A stretch of 64,000 nucleotides of DNA from Candidatus Saccharimonadia bacterium (GCA_025449535.1 JANWJF010000001.1:549136-613135), one strand, 5' to 3'. Shown: positions 27,460-37,488, counted from the stretch's first letter. The notes: generated from the letters alone by a model not told the origin. Numbers and translations are program-made.

Positions 27460-27491
27460 GGGCCACCCCAGCCATTCCGCTGGGGTGGCCC
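27460..27491 (+). terminator. strong GC hairpin (12-bp stem gggccaccccag / ctggggtggccc, 8-nt loop) after the secreted-protein gene; no U-tract
   Basis: Perfect inverted repeat 30 nt after the stop at 27429. Confidence 0.5.
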
Positions 27492-27646
27492 AGACACCGC
27501 CCATCGGGATCTCTCGACCTTCTCCCAGGAGAAGAAATCGTAGAGGTTCCGGGCGGTGTTGTCGTATAGTTTGGTATACGGACCGTGCTTGCTGACGTAA
27601 CCCGACCTTAATAGAACGTCCCCTCGACTCTCCAAGGAGGTGAGCC

Positions 27647-28213
27647 ATGGAACAGGCTATCCTGCGCATCAACCCGAACGTCGTCAGTCTCACCGGCGTC
27701 GCACTCTGTGCCGTCGCCGGGGTCATCGCCCTGCTGACCGAAGCCTGGCTGATGGTAGCCGTGGTGTTCGCCGCCGGCGTACTGTGCGACCTGCTGGACG
27801 GCAAATTGGCTCGCCGGAATCCGGACGTGACTCGGCGGAAAGTCGGTGCCGTAGTCGACGCGCTGTGCGACAAGCTCGGCGAAGCCGCCTTCGTCTTCCC
27901 GCTGATCCTTGCGACGCCCCCTGACTTCTATCTGCTGGGCATCGCGTACGGCCTCGGCCTTTGGTCCTCGGAGGTAAAGATGGAATACAGCGGTGGCAAC
28001 CTGCCATCGGGATTCGACATCCCGTGGCGGGAGGTGAAGGTATTCGGCCGTGGCAGCCGGACAGTCACGCTGGTGGCTACCTTGCTGGTCGCCGGGCTCT
28101 ACGGTGAGCATTGGTTCGTCGTAGGATTCTGGGTCCTGCTCGTCACGAATGGAATCAGCGTGGTCTGGAGGAACAGCAAGGTTTGGAGGCACCTCCGGAA
28201 AGCAGACATCTAA
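27647..28213 (+). CDS. CDP-alcohol phosphatidyltransferase family protein
   Basis: DLLDGKLAR…GAVVDALCD fits the D-G-x2-AR…G-x3-D-x3-D motif. 188 aa, multi-TM. A strong SD AAGGAGGTGA precedes the ATG. Confidence 0.75.
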   Translation: MEQAILRINPNVVSLTGVALCAVAGVIALLTEAWLMVAVVFAAGVLCDLLDGKLARRNPDVTRRKVGAVVDALCDKLGEAAFVFPLILATPPDFYLLGIAYGLGLWSSEVKMEYSGGNLPSGFDIPWREVKVFGRGSRTVTLVATLLVAGLYGEHWFVVGFWVLLVTNGISVVWRNSKVWRHLRKADI

Positions 28214-28367
28214 CGGACTGGCAGCCGGCGTCAATCGACGCGTCCGTGTGAATCCCCCGCTCAGGATCGGATTCATGTAACAGGCTTCTTCCAAGCACAT
28301 CGGACGGTGTCTTTGGAAGAGTGAACGATCGATCGTTCATATGGCGGAAGCTGCGTATAGTGAAATC

Positions 28368-28928
28368 ATGAAGAAAATCGTCGTCGGCTCCACCAATCCC
28401 GTGAAGGTCGACGCCACACGACAGGCGTTCGAAGCCGTCTGGCCGAAGGAACGGTTTACGGTCGAAGGCGTCAAGGTCGATTCCGGCGTCTCGGACCAGC
28501 CGATGAGCTTCGAGGAGACGATCCGTGGCGCGAAGAACCGGGCCCGAGCGGCGATGCTCCTGAAGCAAACCGACTTTGCGGTCGGACTGGAGGCCGGCGC
28601 GGACAAGATGCCGGCGGGTTGGTTCGAGACCGGCTGGTGCGCGGTGCTGGATGCGGACGGGACCTTCGGCGTGGGGTCTTCCCCGGTCATCGCGATGGGT
28701 GGCCCGGTCATGGATCGGATCCTCGAAGGCAAGGAGCTTGGTGACGTCATCGACGACATGACGGCGCGGTCCGGCGTGAAGCATCAAGAGGGTTTCTTCG
28801 GCATCATGACCAACGGGGCGGTCACCCGGACCGACGCGTTCCGAATCGGCATCATCTTCGCCTTGGCCCGATTCGCGCAACCGGAGTTCTTCGCGGAACC
28901 CTCCGCCCATACGGAAGCCAGTAACTGA
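28368..28928 (+). CDS. inosine/xanthosine triphosphatase (YjjX/Maf-Ham1 superfamily)
   Basis: MKKIVVGSTNPVKV…SGVSDQP… is typical of YjjX-type non-canonical NTPases. Confidence 0.65.
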   Translation: MKKIVVGSTNPVKVDATRQAFEAVWPKERFTVEGVKVDSGVSDQPMSFEETIRGAKNRARAAMLLKQTDFAVGLEAGADKMPAGWFETGWCAVLDADGTFGVGSSPVIAMGGPVMDRILEGKELGDVIDDMTARSGVKHQEGFFGIMTNGAVTRTDAFRIGIIFALARFAQPEFFAEPSAHTEASN

Positions 28929-28978
28929 AAGACCCCGGCCGAAGCCGGGGTCCCTCGCTTGAGTCGACGTAATCGAGA

Positions 28979-29227
28979 TTACTGTCGAGGCGTAGCTTCG
29001 CGGACGGTAAGCTCTCGTCCGTCGAGCTCCTTACCGTTGAGCTCGGCGACGGCCTTGTCGGCCTGCGCGTCGTCGTCGAACTTCACGAATCCGAATCCGC
29101 GACTGCGGCCGGAATCGCGATCGCTGACCACGTTCGCTTGCGTCGGGCTGTAGGCAGCAAAGTGCTGCTTCAGTCCGTCGCTGTCGACGCTCCAAGGAAG
29201 ATTGCCAATAAACAATTCCTTAGCCAT
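28979..29227 (-). CDS. RRM-domain RNA-binding protein
   Basis: RNP-2 LFIGNL and RNP-1 RGFGFVKF motifs. 82 aa. Confidence 0.85.
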   Translation of the reverse strand: MAKELFIGNLPWSVDSDGLKQHFAAYSPTQANVVSDRDSGRSRGFGFVKFDDDAQADKAVAELNGKELDGRELTVREATPRQ

Positions 29228-29396
29228 GAACGGCTCCTTTCGTTACCAGAGGAGCCTCGGACAAACCTAACACTCAATCTCTGCATTGATACAACGCGGT
29301 AAGCGTAGAGGAATACCGTGGTTTTGGCAAATTTAATGGCAAGCTACGCGTAAATTCGATACACTGCAGGGTCTTTATGGAAACGCGGGTAATCAG

Positions 29397-30065
29397 ATGA
29401 GCGGCGATCCAGGCGGACCTCCCGAAGGGCCGGACCGTCCGGAAGTGCTGTACGAAGGTCCGTACAGCATCGAGCAGTGTGCCGCCGCGGCGTGCTGGGT
29501 CTATGACCTGTCACTAAGCGAGCTGAGAAGCGCCTCTCGGATGAACAGCGCGTTGAGCGCTCGCAGCCTGGCGGTCTGCCTGGCCCGGGCCCAAGAGGAG
29601 CCGCCGTCGTATCCGCAGATCGGAAGATACCTCTACCGGCATCATTCGACGATTATGAACAGCGAAGCCCGCGGCAGGGCGATGCTCGAAGATAACCGGG
29701 AATTCAGGATGCGGTACGAGAAGGCGCGGCGAGGAATCCAGGAAGGCACCGTCGAGAGGGGGCCGACCAAACCCAGTGAGGATCGCCTCCAAGACCTGAT
29801 CAAGGACGCCATTTGGCGCGGAGAGCTTACTCCGATCGACGTGCTGGACCATGAGATTGCCCGGGGAATGAAGATCCACGAATTACTGGTTGCGCTGCCC
29901 GCTTCGGATGGCGAAGCGACGATGAGTGCCGAGGAACGGGCCAGCCTGATCCTCCTGACCGCGGGGATACTGGAAAGGCGACGTGTGCAGGACATGTCTC
30001 AAGTCGAGAAGGACGCCCTCTACCACGTTCTTGATGAGCTAGGGTTCATGCCGAAGTCAGCCTAG
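29397..30065 (+). CDS. DnaA domain-IV-like HTH protein (not DnaA; hypothetical regulator)
   Basis: SIEQCAAAACWVYDLSLSELRSASRMNSALSARSLAVCLARAQEEPPSYPQIGRYLYRHHSTIMNSEAR matches the DnaA C-terminal DNA-binding pattern. No AAA+ domain is present. Confidence 0.6.
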   Translation: MSGDPGGPPEGPDRPEVLYEGPYSIEQCAAAACWVYDLSLSELRSASRMNSALSARSLAVCLARAQEEPPSYPQIGRYLYRHHSTIMNSEARGRAMLEDNREFRMRYEKARRGIQEGTVERGPTKPSEDRLQDLIKDAIWRGELTPIDVLDHEIARGMKIHELLVALPASDGEATMSAEERASLILLTAGILERRRVQDMSQVEKDALYHVLDELGFMPKSA

Positions 30066-30080
30066 CTGTACACTGGAGCC

Positions 30081-30590
30081 ATGCCGGCCTCCAAAATCAG
30101 TCTCGACCAGGCCAAGCCCAACAAATTGTTCTACGTGGTGGCAACGGCCATGCCATACCGTAAGTCCGACGGCCGGTGCTTGATCCTCAAGCGCGACGAA
30201 CGGGAGACCGCACACCCCGGCAAATGGGGCGTAACCGGCGGGAAGCTCGAGCACGAGGACTTCGACCTTGCCAAGCCGACCCGGATGAACGGCGATGTTT
30301 ACGATTTCCAGGGCGCGTTCGAAAAACTGTTACGGAAAGAGGCGAAAGAGGAAGCGGCGATCAAGCTCGGCGATGACTTCCGTTACTTGGGCAGCTTGGT
30401 ATTCGTGCGCCCGGACGAGACGCCGGTCGCGTTGTTCCAATTCGCCGCCGAATACGCCGGCGGAGACGTGAAGCCCGAAGTTGGCGGATTCACGGACTTT
30501 GCCTGGGTAAACGCCGAAGAAGTGAAGCAATACGATTGCATCGACGGCATCCATGATGAGGTCAGCCGGACGATCGCGGCGTTCGGGTAG
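30081..30590 (+). CDS. NUDIX hydrolase
   Basis: NUDIX box GAFEKLLRKEAKEEAAI (GX5EX7REUXEEXGU-like). Confidence 0.75.
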   Translation: MPASKISLDQAKPNKLFYVVATAMPYRKSDGRCLILKRDERETAHPGKWGVTGGKLEHEDFDLAKPTRMNGDVYDFQGAFEKLLRKEAKEEAAIKLGDDFRYLGSLVFVRPDETPVALFQFAAEYAGGDVKPEVGGFTDFAWVNAEEVKQYDCIDGIHDEVSRTIAAFG

Positions 30591-30612
30591 GTCGAGCGGT
30601 ATACTGAAGGCC

Positions 30613-32400
30613 GTGCTGAATCAGAAGCAGATCGCCGCGTACCGGAAGCACCCCGCGTTCACCGATCCGCGGGTATCCTCCTCCGCGACCCGCCGCACCG
30701 TGCCGCCGGACCTCTGGCGGTTGCTGGAAGCGACGCCGGGACTGATTACCTGGGGCATCCTGCTCGGCAGCGCCGCGCTGTCGATCTTCATGCCGCGCTG
30801 GGTCGCCTACGCGATCCTCATGTTCGACGTCTATTGGCTGGTGAAGTCGGTGACGCTGTCCGGCAACCTGATTCGGGCGTACCAGCATCTCCGCCGGGAT
30901 ACCCGCATCGACTGGAGCAACCGCCTCAAGGCCCTGGAGCGTAGCATCGATTCGCACGCCGCGACCCTCAGCAGGGTGATCCGTCGGATTGACGGCGGAC
31001 GTACGGGAATTCGCAAATGGCTCTGGCTCCGCCGCGTCGACCTGACGAACCGGCGGTTAGCCCGGGATTACCGGGACCTGGGGATCGAGCTCGCCCAAGT
31101 CCGGACCGCGATAGAGTCGGACACGCCGTCACCACGGGCATCCCGCATCCATCATCTGGTCGTCGTCGCGACGTATACCGAGGAGCTCGAGACGCTCCGC
31201 CCGAGCTTCCAGGCGCTCGTGGAGTCGACTTACGACCCCAAGCGGATGATCATCGTGCTGGCCACGGAAGAGCGCGACAAGCGCCGGGCGCAGGCGAACG
31301 CCCGCGTCCTCAAACGCGAGTTCGGGAGCCGGTTCAAGAAGTTCATCGTCACCGAACACCCGTCGAACATCACCGGCGAGGTGAAGGGCAAGGGTAGCAA
31401 CATCAACTGGGCCGGCCGGAAGGCGATCGCGGAGATCGACAAGCTCGGCATCCCGCACGAAGAGGTGATCGTGACCACGCTGGACGCCGACCACCGGCCG
31501 CACCCGCAGTACTTCGCGGCCGTGACCTACCAGTACCTGCTCGAGCCGGACCGGCGCCACCGCAGCTTCCAGCCGACGCCGCTGTTCCATAACAACCTCT
31601 GGTACACGACCGCGATCAACCGCGTGCTGTCCACCGGTTCGTCCTTCTGGCACATGATCGAGTCCACGCGGCCCTGGCGGCTCCGGAACTTCGCGGCGCA
31701 TTCACAGGGGCTCCAGACCGTGGTCGATACCGACTTCTGGTCGATCGACACCATCGTCGAGGACGGCCAGCAATATTGGCGGACGTACTTCCGCTACGAT
31801 GGCCGGCACTTCGTGCAGCCGGTATACGTGCCGGTGTACCAAGACGCGGTCCTCGGCGACACCTATCCCGGGACGCTCAAGGAGCAGTACCTCCAACTCC
31901 GGCGCTGGGCCTACGGCGCTTCCGACTTCCCGTACGCCGTCGTGAACGCCTGGCGGAACCCGCGCATCTCACTCGGCAACAAGCTGCTCCAAATCGGCCG
32001 CTTCCTGGAGGGTCACGTCACCTGGGCGGTCGCGCCGATCCTGATCACGTTCGTCGGCTGGTTCCCGATCTACCTATCCCCGGCGTTCCGGGAGACGTTG
32101 TTCGGCCAGACCCTGGCTCCTACCGCGAGTTTCATCCTGACCCTGGCCTTGGTCGGGATCATCGTGACGATCCTGATCTCCCTGCTGCTGCTGCCGCCGA
32201 AGCCGCCCGGATACAAGGAGCGCCACCGGTTGCTGCACGTCGCGCAATGGGTGTTGATGCCGGTGACGACGATCATCTTCTCCAGCCTGCCGGCGATCGA
32301 GTCGCAGACCCGGCTGATCTTCGGGCGCTACCTGGAGTTCCGGGTCACACGGAAACGGACCAAGGCGCTGCGGACGCTGGAGCGCCGGGCCAAGGCCTAG
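30613..32400 (+). CDS. processive family-2 membrane glycosyltransferase (cellulose/chitin-synthase-like, QxxRW)
   Basis: DxD-like TLDADHRP and QLRRWAYG (QxxRW), with N- and C-terminal TM clusters. The start is GTG 30613, or alternatively ATG 30553 overlapping the NUDIX gene. Confidence 0.75.
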   Translation: MLNQKQIAAYRKHPAFTDPRVSSSATRRTVPPDLWRLLEATPGLITWGILLGSAALSIFMPRWVAYAILMFDVYWLVKSVTLSGNLIRAYQHLRRDTRIDWSNRLKALERSIDSHAATLSRVIRRIDGGRTGIRKWLWLRRVDLTNRRLARDYRDLGIELAQVRTAIESDTPSPRASRIHHLVVVATYTEELETLRPSFQALVESTYDPKRMIIVLATEERDKRRAQANARVLKREFGSRFKKFIVTEHPSNITGEVKGKGSNINWAGRKAIAEIDKLGIPHEEVIVTTLDADHRPHPQYFAAVTYQYLLEPDRRHRSFQPTPLFHNNLWYTTAINRVLSTGSSFWHMIESTRPWRLRNFAAHSQGLQTVVDTDFWSIDTIVEDGQQYWRTYFRYDGRHFVQPVYVPVYQDAVLGDTYPGTLKEQYLQLRRWAYGASDFPYAVVNAWRNPRISLGNKLLQIGRFLEGHVTWAVAPILITFVGWFPIYLSPAFRETLFGQTLAPTASFILTLALVGIIVTILISLLLLPPKPPGYKERHRLLHVAQWVLMPVTTIIFSSLPAIESQTRLIFGRYLEFRVTRKRTKALRTLERRAKA

Positions 32401-32401
32401 G

Positions 32402-34699
32402 CTACGGGGCGACGACCTTCAGCAGCATGTTGTACCCCGGGTCGGGGAACCAGGCCGCGCCATCTTGCACCAAGGAGAAGTACTCCCGGTAGGTGCCGGG
32501 CGCAGGAGCCGCGGTCAGGGGTACGCTGAACAGGGCGATCTGTCCCGGCTCGATCATGGTGTCGGCGCCGTTCACGGTCATGTTGCCGCTGAGGTCGGTG
32601 ACCGTGCCGTCTATCGTCGAAGCCCGGTTGGCGTTCAGCCACGGGTCACCGCCGGTGAGGGTCCGGAAGGCGGAGCTGCGGTTCTGCGGGTGGGTCGTCG
32701 CCAACCGGACGGGGTTGGTCCCGCTCGCGGACCAGGTGAGGCGGCCGGTATTCTTGATCGCGACCCGGGCGGTCATCGTGCTGTTCCGGGCGAAGGATTG
32801 CTGGTTCCCGGAGTAGACGGTCTTCATGAACTGGAGGTTCCGGGCGACCGCTACCGGTACGGGGAAGTTGATTCCGTAATCCTCGGGCAGCCAACCCACC
32901 CCGTCCATCACCGGTCGGACGTAGAGCCGGTAGTTGCCGGCGCCCAGGCTGTCCGGGATCGTGATCGTGAAGTCGAACTCGGCGACCTGACCGGGATCCA
33001 CCGTCGTATCCCCGGGCGCGCCCACCACGGAATCCACGGCCGACGGCCGGTTCCGGGCGATCCAGGGGTCGGGTCCCGTGGTAGTGATGAAGGCGGACTT
33101 GTGGTCCCGGGCCCGGTCGGTGCCGAGCCTGAGGTTGCCGTCCACCGGCCAGGCTTCCCGTCCGGTGTTCTTCAGGCGCACCGTGACGTCCTGCTCGGTC
33201 ACGCCTGGGGTGATCGTCGCGGGGTCGGCCGACTTGGACACGTACGAGTAGTGGTAGCCGCGGTCCAGGATGTTGAAGAGCACGGAACTGCCGGTATCGG
33301 ACATGTGCTTCTTGCCCTCGACCACCGGGGAGAAGTACTCCCGGATGTTGCCGACCTTGTCCGGCGTGGTGGTCACGAACGAGAAGACGGCGATCTCGCC
33401 GGTCGTGATCGTCGCGTCCGCCACCACGGAATCAGTTCCCGGATCGTACCGTCCGTCGATGGCGGAAGCCCGGTTCTTGTCCGGCCAGTTCTCCGAAGCG
33501 TCGATATCTCCCGCCCCGATCGTCCGGAAGGCGCTGGTGCGGTCCGTCGGCCGCCGGGTCGCCAGACGCACGGGGTTGGCCCCGCCGGCGTTCCATTGCA
33601 ACTCCCCGACGTTCCTGACCAGGATCTTCACGCTTCGCCGGTCACCGGGCAAGAGGCCGGAGGGCGAGGCCGTCGAATCGAGGTCCGTCGGCCCGGAGTC
33701 GGGTTCGGTGACGTAGGTCCCGTAGTGTTGGCCGCGCCAGTCCGGCGGCTTGATCGTCATGGTGGCGCAAAGGCCCAGGTCGCGCATCCAGCCCAGGTTC
33801 TCGACGACCGGCGCGAAGCACTCCGGGTAAGTGCCCGGGTTACCGCTCGACTTGAACGTCGCCCGGAACTGCGCCAGCTGGCCCGACGGCGTGTCGTCCA
33901 ATAGTTCGATCCGGTTGCGGGTCAGCCATCCCTCCGCGGTCCCGCCGTCCGAGAACCCGCTGCCGCGGTCCTGCGGCCGGTTGCCGCCGAGACGCACGGG
34001 CGTCGATCCGCCCTTCAGCCACGTCTGCCGTCCGGTGTTCCAAAGCTTGAAGGTCATCACGGACTCGCCGTTGCTGTTCATGGACCGGTTTCCGGAAATC
34101 GCGGCACCGACGTAGTCGTAGTTGGAACGTCGGTCGTTCACGTACTTGCCCGATGCGACCCAGCCGGCGCAGCAACTCGGCTCGTACCCGTGGATGGTGT
34201 GGTCGTAGGAACCGGTCCCGGCCTTGTAGGTGGCCTGTCGGATCCCGAAGTGGGTGTGCGGATCCCAGTTGCCGTTTACCGATCCGCGCGGTCCGACCGT
34301 CCCGATGCGCTGGCCTTTCTTGACCGTCGCCCCGGCCCCGACGCGCCGGTCGTTGTTGAGGTGCCCGTAGAGGCTCAGGATCGAGCTGCTCTTCCAGCTA
34401 TGCTGGATGATGATCAGATTGCCCCAACGGTACGAGTCGGGCGTCCGGGCCGAGTACTTCACGACGCCGTCGGCTGCGGCGAACACCGGGATGCCGTCGT
34501 TATGACAGACGTCCTCCGCGACGTGATATCCCCACCCCCCGATGTACTGGCCGTACGCGTAATTCGGCGTCCCGTACGGGAAGCAGGGAATCTGGAACGA
34601 GGACGCGGCCTTGGCGTCCGCGGGCCCGACCGTCAGCACGAAGGCGGCCGCGGTGATCGCGGCGGCCGTGCCGAGCAAGAATGTCAGTATTGATTTCAA
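32402..34699 (-). CDS. secreted M23 (LytM-type) metallopeptidase followed by four ~120-aa repeats of an unrecognised domain
   Basis: Signal peptide. M23 motifs HVAEDV…GHLNNDRRVGAGATVKKGQRIGTVG…HTHFGI. The repeat consensus is NTG..xW..GG.NPVRLGT.RP.DRSSAF…NRAS.IDG…PGQ.A.F.F…PG.YREYF.PV.EG..W. The start is TTG. Confidence 0.8.
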   Translation of the reverse strand: MKSILTFLLGTAAAITAAAFVLTVGPADAKAASSFQIPCFPYGTPNYAYGQYIGGWGYHVAEDVCHNDGIPVFAAADGVVKYSARTPDSYRWGNLIIIQHSWKSSSILSLYGHLNNDRRVGAGATVKKGQRIGTVGPRGSVNGNWDPHTHFGIRQATYKAGTGSYDHTIHGYEPSCCAGWVASGKYVNDRRSNYDYVGAAISGNRSMNSNGESVMTFKLWNTGRQTWLKGGSTPVRLGGNRPQDRGSGFSDGGTAEGWLTRNRIELLDDTPSGQLAQFRATFKSSGNPGTYPECFAPVVENLGWMRDLGLCATMTIKPPDWRGQHYGTYVTEPDSGPTDLDSTASPSGLLPGDRRSVKILVRNVGELQWNAGGANPVRLATRRPTDRTSAFRTIGAGDIDASENWPDKNRASAIDGRYDPGTDSVVADATITTGEIAVFSFVTTTPDKVGNIREYFSPVVEGKKHMSDTGSSVLFNILDRGYHYSYVSKSADPATITPGVTEQDVTVRLKNTGREAWPVDGNLRLGTDRARDHKSAFITTTGPDPWIARNRPSAVDSVVGAPGDTTVDPGQVAEFDFTITIPDSLGAGNYRLYVRPVMDGVGWLPEDYGINFPVPVAVARNLQFMKTVYSGNQQSFARNSTMTARVAIKNTGRLTWSASGTNPVRLATTHPQNRSSAFRTLTGGDPWLNANRASTIDGTVTDLSGNMTVNGADTMIEPGQIALFSVPLTAAPAPGTYREYFSLVQDGAAWFPDPGYNMLLKVVAP

Positions 34700-34761
34700 G
34701 ATAGTAGGAGCGTTACTCCAGTCCTACCAAATATGAGGTATGGCTACAATCGAGCAACCGC

Positions 34762-37488
34762 TCAATCGCTGGCCTGGGGCGATCCGACGACGCTGCCTGA
34801 CACCACCAGGCTGTGGTCCGGGAACCAGGCCCGATTCTCCTGGACCAACCGGAAGTATTCGTTGAAGTGGCCGACGGTGCTGGCGGTGACGGTGAAGTTG
34901 AACAGGGCCGTCTCGCCGGGCAGGATCTCCGTGGCCGGGGTCGAATCGAAGGTCGTGACGTTGAGCACGCGGCCGTCGATCCCGGACGCTCGATTTGCCG
35001 AGAGCCAGGGGTCTTCGCCGGCCAGTGTCGCGAACGAGGAAGACCGGTCCGTCGGGCGGGCGGTGCCCAACCGGACGCGATTGACGCCGCTGACGGGCCA
35101 AGCGTACCGTCCCGTGTTCTTCACCGCGAGCTGGACCACGGCGGTGTCGCCCGTGCGCAGGTCACTCAGGTTCCGGGAGGCGGATTGTCCTACCACCCGG
35201 TAGTCGTAGGTCTGGGCGGTGACGTTCAGTGGCACGGAGATGCCGCGGTCGGGGAACCAGGCCTCGCCCTCGCGGACCAAGTTGAACCGCTCCGTGCGCG
35301 CGCCGCCCTCGACCTCGGAGCTCACCTGCATCGGCACGTTGAACTGCGCGATTTCTCCCTGCTTGATCTCGGCCGCGCCTGTATCCAGGGAATCGCCGTC
35401 AACGCGCCCGTCGATCCCGGAGGCCCGGGTCGGCGAGAACCAAGCGTCGGCGCCGGTCAGCGCGGCGAAGGCCGAGGAGCGATCCTGGGGTCCGCTGGTC
35501 CCGAGCCGGACCGGACTCGGGCCGTCCACCGGCCACGGCACGTGGCCGTGATTCCGAATCCGGACGGTGGCGGTGACCGTGTCACCGTAGCCGAGGTCCG
35601 CCGGGTTCTGTGAGTAACGTTGGCTGACCACCCCGTAGTCGTAGTCCCCGGAGCGCACGGTGACCGGGACATACTTGTCCGATTCCCGCAGCCACTCCTT
35701 GCCGTCGATCACCGGTCGGAAGTACTCGCGATATGACCCGTCCGGCTTGGAGGCCGACTTCACCTGGAAGTCGAACCGGGCGATCTGGCCGGGGTCGACC
35801 ACGTCCTCGGCCGGCGCGTCGGCCACGGCGTCGATGGTGCTGGCCCGGCTGGCGGAGATCCAGTCCGGGCCCCGGAACGCGGATGACCGGTCGCGTTTCC
35901 GATCGGTGCCGAGCCGGAGCGGACCGCCGACCTTCCATGAGGACTGGCCGCTGTTCCGGATGTAGACCCGAGCCGTCTCGGTGTCGCCGCCGAGGGATAT
36001 CGGATCAGGGTCGTCCTGCTTCACCCATGCGTAATGGTTGCCCTTGGGCAGCACGCGCAAGCCGAAGTGAAGGTTGGCATCCAGCCAACGATCGCCCTCG
36101 ATTACCGGCCGGAAATGCTCGCGGTACTCGCCCGACTTGCTGGGAGACTTGACAGTGAACGAGAAGACGCCGATCTGTCCCGGCTTCACGGCGGACGCGG
36201 GGGTGATCCGGCTCTCCGACGGGATGTAGATGCCGTCCAGTTTGGACGCGCGGTTCCCGGCAAGCCATCCTTCGCTGCCGGGTACCCGGCCGCCGGACTT
36301 CACGGCGAACCCGCTGCGCCGGTCGCGGCGATGCTCGGTCCCGAGCCGTACGGGATGCTTGCCGCCCGCGTTCCAGGCGAAGTCGCCGGTGTTCTTAATG
36401 TAGGCTTTCAGGTTCACGAGGGTGCCGCCGGCCAAATACCGGTGCGTGTCCGTCCGGGTCAGGGAGACCGGGGAGAGGTCGTCATGGGCCGTGACGCGGT
36501 AGCCTTGGGCTCCGTACCGCGGCAAGCGGACCGTCACCTTAGCGTGCATACCGGTGTCCCGCATCCAGCCGACGCCTTCCACGACTGGCCGGAAGTACTT
36601 ATGGTACGTCCCCGGCTTCACTCCCTTGTTGTTGAACCGCGCCCGGAAGACGGCGGTCTGGCCGGGGGCGGTGTCGGACTGCATCTCGATCCGGCTGGGA
36701 TTCAGCCAGCCGTGTCCGCCCATGCCGGCCGAGAAGGCGGTGCGGTGGTCTCGCGGACGGTCGGTCCCGAGCCGTACGGGGTTGGCGCCGCCCTTGCTCC
36801 AGGTTGCGGTGCCGGTGTTCCGCAGGCGGAACTCGACCCAGTATTCCGAGGACTTGCCCTGAACGGTGGCCCCGGTCTGCGAGATATGGCTGTAGTTATA
36901 CGTCGGCTGCCGCACCTGACGGTTCTGGATATAGCGGGTCGGGTGGGTGTAGCGGTTGATCTCTCCACCGCGCTCGTACCCGTTGATCAGGGACCAGTAG
37001 CTTCCGGTCGCCGTGCCGTAAGACCCGGGCGTGATCGAGAAGTGGAGGTGCGCTCCCCAGCGGCCGTTCTCCCGGGTGTGTCCTGGGCCGATGGTACCGA
37101 TCCGTTGGCCCTTGCCGACCCGCTGTCCGGCGCTGACCCGGCGGTCGTTGCCAAGGTGTCCGTACAGCCCGACCGCCCGCGACCCGTCGTCATGTTCGAT
37201 CATGATCAGGTTGCCCCAGCGCCAGGAGTCCGGCGTGAGCGCAGAGTACTTCACCGTGCCATCGGCGATCGCGTAGACCGGTGTCCCGGCCCGGCACCCG
37301 ATGTCCTGCCCGGAGTGATACCCCCAACCGGAGACGAACTGGCGGAAGTCGTAGCCGGACAAGCGCCAGGGGGAGCAGCCGTACTGGTACCCGGAAGCCG
37401 CGTGGCTGGGTCCGGCACCGACGAACGCCGCGGCGGCGATCAGGACCGCTGCCGTCATTCCCAGGATGAGTGTCTTCCGCCTATGCAT
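34762..37488 (-). CDS. secreted M23 metallopeptidase paralogue followed by ≥5 copies of the same ~120-aa repeat
   Basis: Signal peptide MHRRKTLILGMTAAVLIAAAAFVGAGPSHA. M23 core YHSGQDIG…GHLGNDRRVSAGQRVGKGQRIGTIG…HLHF. The repeats resemble those of the adjacent paralogue. Confidence 0.8.
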   Translation of the reverse strand: MHRRKTLILGMTAAVLIAAAAFVGAGPSHAASGYQYGCSPWRLSGYDFRQFVSGWGYHSGQDIGCRAGTPVYAIADGTVKYSALTPDSWRWGNLIMIEHDDGSRAVGLYGHLGNDRRVSAGQRVGKGQRIGTIGPGHTRENGRWGAHLHFSITPGSYGTATGSYWSLINGYERGGEINRYTHPTRYIQNRQVRQPTYNYSHISQTGATVQGKSSEYWVEFRLRNTGTATWSKGGANPVRLGTDRPRDHRTAFSAGMGGHGWLNPSRIEMQSDTAPGQTAVFRARFNNKGVKPGTYHKYFRPVVEGVGWMRDTGMHAKVTVRLPRYGAQGYRVTAHDDLSPVSLTRTDTHRYLAGGTLVNLKAYIKNTGDFAWNAGGKHPVRLGTEHRRDRRSGFAVKSGGRVPGSEGWLAGNRASKLDGIYIPSESRITPASAVKPGQIGVFSFTVKSPSKSGEYREHFRPVIEGDRWLDANLHFGLRVLPKGNHYAWVKQDDPDPISLGGDTETARVYIRNSGQSSWKVGGPLRLGTDRKRDRSSAFRGPDWISASRASTIDAVADAPAEDVVDPGQIARFDFQVKSASKPDGSYREYFRPVIDGKEWLRESDKYVPVTVRSGDYDYGVVSQRYSQNPADLGYGDTVTATVRIRNHGHVPWPVDGPSPVRLGTSGPQDRSSAFAALTGADAWFSPTRASGIDGRVDGDSLDTGAAEIKQGEIAQFNVPMQVSSEVEGGARTERFNLVREGEAWFPDRGISVPLNVTAQTYDYRVVGQSASRNLSDLRTGDTAVVQLAVKNTGRYAWPVSGVNRVRLGTARPTDRSSSFATLAGEDPWLSANRASGIDGRVLNVTTFDSTPATEILPGETALFNFTVTASTVGHFNEYFRLVQENRAWFPDHSLVVSGSVVGSPQASD

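Noticed and set aside
27292-28300. ORFs 27292-27873 (-) and 27608-28300 (-) overlapping the secreted protein and CDP-alcohol phosphatidyltransferase genes
   Set aside because: The plus-strand genes have a signal peptide with RBS and the D-G-x2-AR motif respectively. The minus-strand translations lack features.
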